A DNA stretch of 64,000 nt, taken from the NCBI GenBank assembly GCA_965209155.1, contig OZ242383.1:2720001-2784000 (forward strand), in the 5' to 3' direction. Made by a program: the position numbers and the translations under genes. Under the pieces are notes generated by a model, which was not told the origin of the DNA, ran no database searches, and was given only the letters and a program-made list of their open reading frames with translations. The stretch comes from a bacterium (lineage in GTDB: Bacteria > SAR324 > NAC60-12). Numbering within the stretch: position 1 is the first letter of the stretch; each line of letters opens with the position of its first letter. This document shows, one piece after another, positions 59,558 to 64,000 of this stretch.

Positions 59558-61075
59558 ATGCTCTCGAAAGTTCATAAGTATATTCATTCCATTTCATCGA
59601 CAGCCCCCCTTGAGGCTCTTCAAGAAGCCTGTCAACTCTTTGAAAAAGAACGGGAGCAATGGAAGAAAGAGCGATTAAAACTCCTCGAACGTCTCGAAAT
59701 AGAAAATAAGCGTATTGAAGCGCTCGAAGCAGAAAATAAGCAACTTCGGGATCAGCTGGCTCTCAACAGCCAAAACTCAAGTAAGCCTCCTTCCAGCGAT
59801 CCAAGTCGAAAGAACAAAAGTTTGCGTAAAAGCAGGGGTCGCTCTCGCGGAGGTCAACCCGGTCATAAAGGCCATCATTTGCCTTTCAGTGAATCACCAG
59901 ATCATGTGGAGCCTCATTTTGTCAGCACCTGTGAAGCCTGTGGAGAAGATTTATCCCAGGTGATGGTTGAGGCCCGGCATAAACGCCAAGTGTTTGATCT
60001 TCCCCCGCTCCAATTAGAGGTCACCGAGCATCAGGTGGAACAAAAAATTTGTCCCTGCTGCCGGCATCTGAATCGCTCGAGCTTTCCAGCAGGGATTGAG
60101 GGACCCACTCAATATGGTCCCCGGATCAAAGGCTTAGCGGTTTATCTCAATCAATATCAGTTTCTGCCCTTTGATCGATGCCAGCAATTCTTTGAGGATC
60201 TGTTCGGCCATCCGCTCAATGCGGCCACGATTTATGCTAGCCTCCAGCAAGCCGCCCAGAGGCTTAATCCCTTGCAACAACAAGTGGCTGAAGCTCTGAT
60301 TCAAGCGGAGGTGGTTCATTTTGATGAAACCTCCCTCTTTGAAAACAAACAACGTCGTTGGCTTCATTCAGCCTCTACCGAAGAGTTGACCTTTTATTTT
60401 ATCCACGACAAACGGGGTCGAGCCGGAATGGATGCTGCCGGTATCCTGCCTCGGTTTGAAAAGACAGCCATTCATGATCACTGGGAGAGCTACCAGCATT
60501 ATGAGTGTGATCATGGCTTTTGCAATGCGCATCATTTACGTGAACTCACTCGGGCCTGTGAACAAGAAAAGGCCTTCTGGGCTCAGGAGATGAGCGACTT
60601 ACTGGTAGAGATCAAAGAGCAAGTAGACCAAGCCAAGTTCAAAGAACAATCTGCTTTGAGTCCAATCCAACTGGATCACTTCCGGCAACGCTATCGGGAT
60701 ATCACCCAAGAAGCCCTTAAGCTCTATCCTCCCCCTCCTCAAACAAAGAAACGAGGACGCCCCAAACAGAGCAAAGCCAAAAATTTACTCGATCGCTTGA
60801 TCCTCTATGAAAAGGAAAGCTTGTTATTCATGGATGACTTCCGGGTTCCTTTTGACAACAACCAAGCCGAGCGAGATATTCGCATGGTTAAATTGAAACA
60901 GAAAATCTCAGGCGGCTTCCGAACGGCTGAAGGATCACAGGCTTTTTGTACCATCCGAGGAGCTATTTCCACTACCAGAAAACAGGGAAAATCCATCTTC
61001 GAGATGCTCACACAGGCTTTGTCTCTCCCGGATCCAGTCCGGGACAAGCTTTTACCTGCGCCTCCTTGTTACTGA
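59558..61075 (+). CDS. IS66 family DDE transposase (TnpC-like)
   Basis: Coiled coil, NSSKPPSSD, Zn ribbon, DET, HD, CNAHHLREL and NNQAERDIR motifs. Confidence 0.95.
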   Translation: MLSKVHKYIHSISSTAPLEALQEACQLFEKEREQWKKERLKLLERLEIENKRIEALEAENKQLRDQLALNSQNSSKPPSSDPSRKNKSLRKSRGRSRGGQPGHKGHHLPFSESPDHVEPHFVSTCEACGEDLSQVMVEARHKRQVFDLPPLQLEVTEHQVEQKICPCCRHLNRSSFPAGIEGPTQYGPRIKGLAVYLNQYQFLPFDRCQQFFEDLFGHPLNAATIYASLQQAAQRLNPLQQQVAEALIQAEVVHFDETSLFENKQRRWLHSASTEELTFYFIHDKRGRAGMDAAGILPRFEKTAIHDHWESYQHYECDHGFCNAHHLRELTRACEQEKAFWAQEMSDLLVEIKEQVDQAKFKEQSALSPIQLDHFRQRYRDITQEALKLYPPPPQTKKRGRPKQSKAKNLLDRLILYEKESLLFMDDFRVPFDNNQAERDIRMVKLKQKISGGFRTAEGSQAFCTIRGAISTTRKQGKSIFEMLTQALSLPDPVRDKLLPAPPCY

Positions 61076-61137
61076 AACTCCCCTTTTTTTAAACGTTTCG
61101 CCCCTTGCGGGCAAAACGTATTCCTGGCAAACATAGC

Positions 61138-61257
61138 ATCGTCAATGCGATTTTGTAGATCGTGAAAACGAGTTGTCAGTGGAGTATGCTCCTCCATGAT
61201 TTACCTCCCTGGCAAAGCGTTTACGATCATTATCGCCATTGGAAAAAACACGGAATT
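61138..61257 (+). pseudogene. IS5-family (IS1031-group-like) transposase N-terminal relic inside the IS66 right end
   Basis: IVNAIL*IVKTSCQWSMLLHDLPPWQSVYDHYRHWKKHG; also present at 27091-27210 and partly at 6895-6960. Confidence 0.75.
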
Positions 61258-61366
61258 GTGGAGTGAACCTTCGCTTTTTGGCTCATGATCATAAAGAAGC
61301 GGATCTCCCTGATTGATAGATTTTTAATTTTTTTTTACGAATCCTGCATTTTTTTTAATTTGGGGG

Positions 61367-61399
61367 TTGACATTATGCAAGTAGTAGTAGTGCTATAAT
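61367..61399 (+). promoter_or_regulatory. Outward-facing promoter in the IS66 right end
   Basis: Extended -10 TGcTATAAT (61391-61399) with TTGACA 21 bp upstream; the same sequence is at 27319-27351. Confidence 0.6.
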
Positions 61400-61701
61400 C
61401 ATACCATCACTAAGTTGTTTTAGTGAAAGAAGAGGGTTTCCGATCGATGGAACAATATCGTGGGAGGACTTGAAAACGATCAGTCCTCTCCGGAAATTTT
61501 TTTCAACGTTATTTGACTAAACGGGTTTTCAGAGACCTGAATAGTTACCAAGAAAATGAAAAATCTTAGAGAGGATGACATAGACACCAGGATACTCCTC
61601 TTATTGAAGATTTATGTCGAACTCAGGTTACTCTGGACGGGAGATCCCCTTCAAAGTACCAGACGATTAAAGCAATCGATTCGCGTCTTTCTTATCCTTG
61701 A

Positions 61702-62580
61702 TCAATCGCGAAAGGCTGCGAGCAATGCGTCTTTTGAAGGCGCATAGAAAAAACTACCGGTGACAGGCCGGGAATAGCTCAGCAAACGGTCGCGACGACC
61801 GTCTTCCGAAAGTCCGAACATCGATTCGAGTAGCCACCGGAAACGCTCAATGTCGGCACTGAAGGCGAGGAAATACAATCCCGCATTACGCACTCCTCCC
61901 ACTGGGGAACTTCGTCTGTAGATTTTGATGGCATTTCCATCTCGTTTCAGATCCGTACGACTGACGTGACTGTCCCCCGGCATGATATCTGCCGTCAACT
62001 CCACGCTGTCGGATTTGGTGCGCCCGAACACCCGTTCCTGGTCGGCTACCGGTAAGGCGTTGAAGTCGGTGAGATTGTGCACCCAGCGTTGCGCCAGAAC
62101 AAAGCTACCGCCGGCATGCTCACCTTTATTGACCAGCGCCACGGTCATGCGCTCGTTGTCTTTGGGGTTCTCCGTTCCGTCCACGAAGCCAGTGAGATCA
62201 CGGCTGTCTCGGAAACGAAAACCATCGTTTTCAAAAGTGAGATCTGCAACTGGGGCCAGGTTTTCGCGCCATTGCAGAGCGCGGGCAAATAGCTCGTCCC
62301 GTTTTTCTCCGTGTAACCAGACAAACAGCTCCTGCTGCGTAGCAGGTGCCGAAACTCCTTCGAGTCCCTCGATTGCTGAAAATTCACGCAGACCCACTGG
62401 TTCAACGAGACCTGTCAGGCTGCGAGTCAATTTTTGTCCGAAGGCAATGACCTGCACGCCCTCTTCGACAGGATCAGCCGCCAGGGCGAGCCCCGGCAAG
62501 CGTGACAACGTTTTCCGGAGACTGAATTCTAAAAAAATTTGGTGGCTTGTGTTTTCCCGGAAGATACCAGGTTGATGCAT
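61702..62580 (-). CDS. Dye-decolorizing (DyP-type) peroxidase
   Basis: GFVDGTENP, QRWVH, GRTK, SHV.R and IYRRS motifs. Confidence 0.93.
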   Translation of the reverse strand: MHQPGIFRENTSHQIFLEFSLRKTLSRLPGLALAADPVEEGVQVIAFGQKLTRSLTGLVEPVGLREFSAIEGLEGVSAPATQQELFVWLHGEKRDELFARALQWRENLAPVADLTFENDGFRFRDSRDLTGFVDGTENPKDNERMTVALVNKGEHAGGSFVLAQRWVHNLTDFNALPVADQERVFGRTKSDSVELTADIMPGDSHVSRTDLKRDGNAIKIYRRSSPVGGVRNAGLYFLAFSADIERFRWLLESMFGLSEDGRRDRLLSYSRPVTGSFFYAPSKDALLAAFRD

Positions 62581-62720
62581 AGTTATTTTCAGACAGTTTT
62601 AAAAACATTGGGCCATACCCATGCTTTGCGCAGGAATACCGGTTCGACTGTTTCGCTGACACCGAAGACGCCACGCTACCTTACATGTATTCCGGCCCAA
62701 AACGAGGGAATAATTTATGT

Positions 62721-63251
62721 TTAAAACGGGATATCATCCTCGATATAGGAATCTGCAGGCGGACTACTTTGAGAAGGCTGGCCAGCATTATGAGGATCAC
62801 CCGACTCAGCCACTGCGTTCTTACCGGCCGACCGCTGATTGGAATTTGATGGATCATGCTGCGAAGCCGTCTGTGATTGTGGCTCGTTGGCATAGTATCC
62901 CGCTCCGGAATCGGTAGGTCCGCTATCTAAAAATTGCAGAGTTCTCGCGACGATCTCGGTGCGGAAGCGTTTTTGTCCGGTTTGCGCGTCGTCCCAACTC
63001 TGAGTCTGCAATCTCCCTTCCACATAAACCTGACTTCCTTGTTTCAAGTAGTTTTGCGCCGAATCCGCCAGTTTATTCCAGACCACGATGTAGTGCCATT
63101 CGGTCTTTTCCTGACGTTGGCCCTGCGCGTCGGTCCAGTATTCATTCGTTGCCAGTGAAAAATTGGCTACCGCACTTCCTGATTGAGTGTAGCGTATTTC
63201 AGGATTCCTCCCTAATCGTCCGATTAACATCACTTTGTTTAGATTTCCCAT
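62721..63251 (-). CDS. ssb: Single-stranded DNA-binding protein
   Basis: LNKVMLIGRLG, TEWH, VEGRL and the DDIPF tail; start at MGNLN after a GAGGGG RBS. Confidence 0.97.
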   Translation of the reverse strand: MGNLNKVMLIGRLGRNPEIRYTQSGSAVANFSLATNEYWTDAQGQRQEKTEWHYIVVWNKLADSAQNYLKQGSQVYVEGRLQTQSWDDAQTGQKRFRTEIVARTLQFLDSGPTDSGAGYYANEPQSQTASQHDPSNSNQRSAGKNAVAESGDPHNAGQPSQSSPPADSYIEDDIPF

Positions 63252-63624
63252 AAAATCCCCTCTTGGTTGAAAAACCTGGTTGCAATTAGTTGAATATCCT
63301 ACTTGGAAGCGTTCCACGCGCATATTATAAAAAATGGAACCAGGTTGCAAGGCATACCCTGAGATAATCTGATTTATACCAGCTTCGTCCGTGATAAACA
63401 ATGGGAAAGTCTCAAAAGGGGAGACTTGAGCTTTCATAAAATGAATTGCGCTCTTTAAAAACATATCCAAATCTTGCTTCATGCCAGGTTACGATTTTAT
63501 GCGCCACCTCTTGACATGGCTTGGATTTTCTCCTATACATGAACATAAAATTAGTCAGGGCATATCGAACGCAGCACCTTGGGTTGCGTCGACGGTGAAG
63601 AGAAAGATTCAACAGGAGTATGTA

Positions 63625-64000
63625 ATGACGGATACCATTATAGACAACCATGGGTTTCGTGATGGATGGAAACCCGAGATCATCAAAAAGACTGGAACCT
63701 TGTATGATTGGCCACCTCACTTTATGGTCATACTCGGGTGGTTGAAAGGATACCTGTTCTCTCCCCAATCACTGATACACGCCGGCCTGGCTCTCGTCAT
63801 CTGGTTTTTCCTCACGCCCGATATGGCGCAAATGCAGGTTTTTTCATGGGATTGGATCCTGTTGCTTTACTTGCGCAACGTTGCGTTGCTCACCCTGGTT
63901 GTCGGTATCGTCCACTATCGGCTTTATATCCGGAAGGTTCAGGGATCCGAGTACCAGTATGACCTCAATGGACTGAAGACCAATCATCCCAGCTTCCTCT
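63625..64000 (+). CDS. Probable sterol desaturase/fatty acid hydroxylase family protein, N-terminal part (runs off the window; not in the ORF track)
   Basis: AGGAG RBS; open frame MTDTIIDN...WKP...LYDWPP...FLTPDM..MQVFSWDWI...RN...H..LY....QG; the His boxes would lie beyond the window. Confidence 0.6.
   Translation, partial: MTDTIIDNHGFRDGWKPEIIKKTGTLYDWPPHFMVILGWLKGYLFSPQSLIHAGLALVIWFFLTPDMAQMQVFSWDWILLLYLRNVALLTLVVGIVHYRLYIRKVQGSEYQYDLNGLKTNHPSFL

Larger units (their letters stand above)
59480..61548 (+). mobile_element. Complete IS66-family (ISBst12-like) element, 2069 bp
   Basis: IRs GTAACTATTTAGG and CCTGAATAGTTAC; 8-bp TSD CAAGAAAA at 59472-59479 and 61549-61556. Confidence 0.95.

Noticed and set aside
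61772..61784. GAATAGCTCAGCA match to the tRNA-Gly 5' part as a possible att site
   Set aside because: Only 13 bp, inside the DyP coding region on the opposite strand, and not the tRNA 3' end; likely chance.
63252..63482. 77-aa N-terminal extension of SSB
   Set aside because: An RBS precedes the canonical MGNLNKV start at 63251; the extension looks like open promoter DNA.

Overview
Bacterial accessory and catabolic region. The host looks deltaproteobacterial-like, which is an inference from gene and repeat style only. It runs from a tRNA-Gly(GCC) at 656-731 to housekeeping-type genes (DyP peroxidase, ssb) at the right end. The window is a mosaic of uptake and oxidative catabolism genes: four family-5 ABC solute-binding proteins, an AglEFGK-like sugar ABC system, six PhyH-type Fe(II)/2OG dioxygenases, several SDRs and epimerases, an amidase, FAH-family hydratases and a CoA transferase. 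It is heavily scarred by deletions and by IS66, IS1595, IS91-like and IS5 relics. The most notable features are four. (1) A 2057-aa regulator fuses an integrase arm-type DNA-binding domain to a pseudokinase, an AAA/STAND-like ATPase, GAF, PAS and a complete sigma54 activator, and lies next to palindromic enhancer-like sites and a -24/-12 promoter. (2) A 16.2-kb segment (26071-42261) is bounded by IS66 ends and a matching 8-bp target duplication, so it behaves as a composite transposon. (3) The IS66 right end carries an IS5 relic, an outward promoter and a hairpin shared with a host gene leader. (4) Several gene cassettes are bracketed by direct repeats. All product calls come from motif recognition by eye; no database searches were run.
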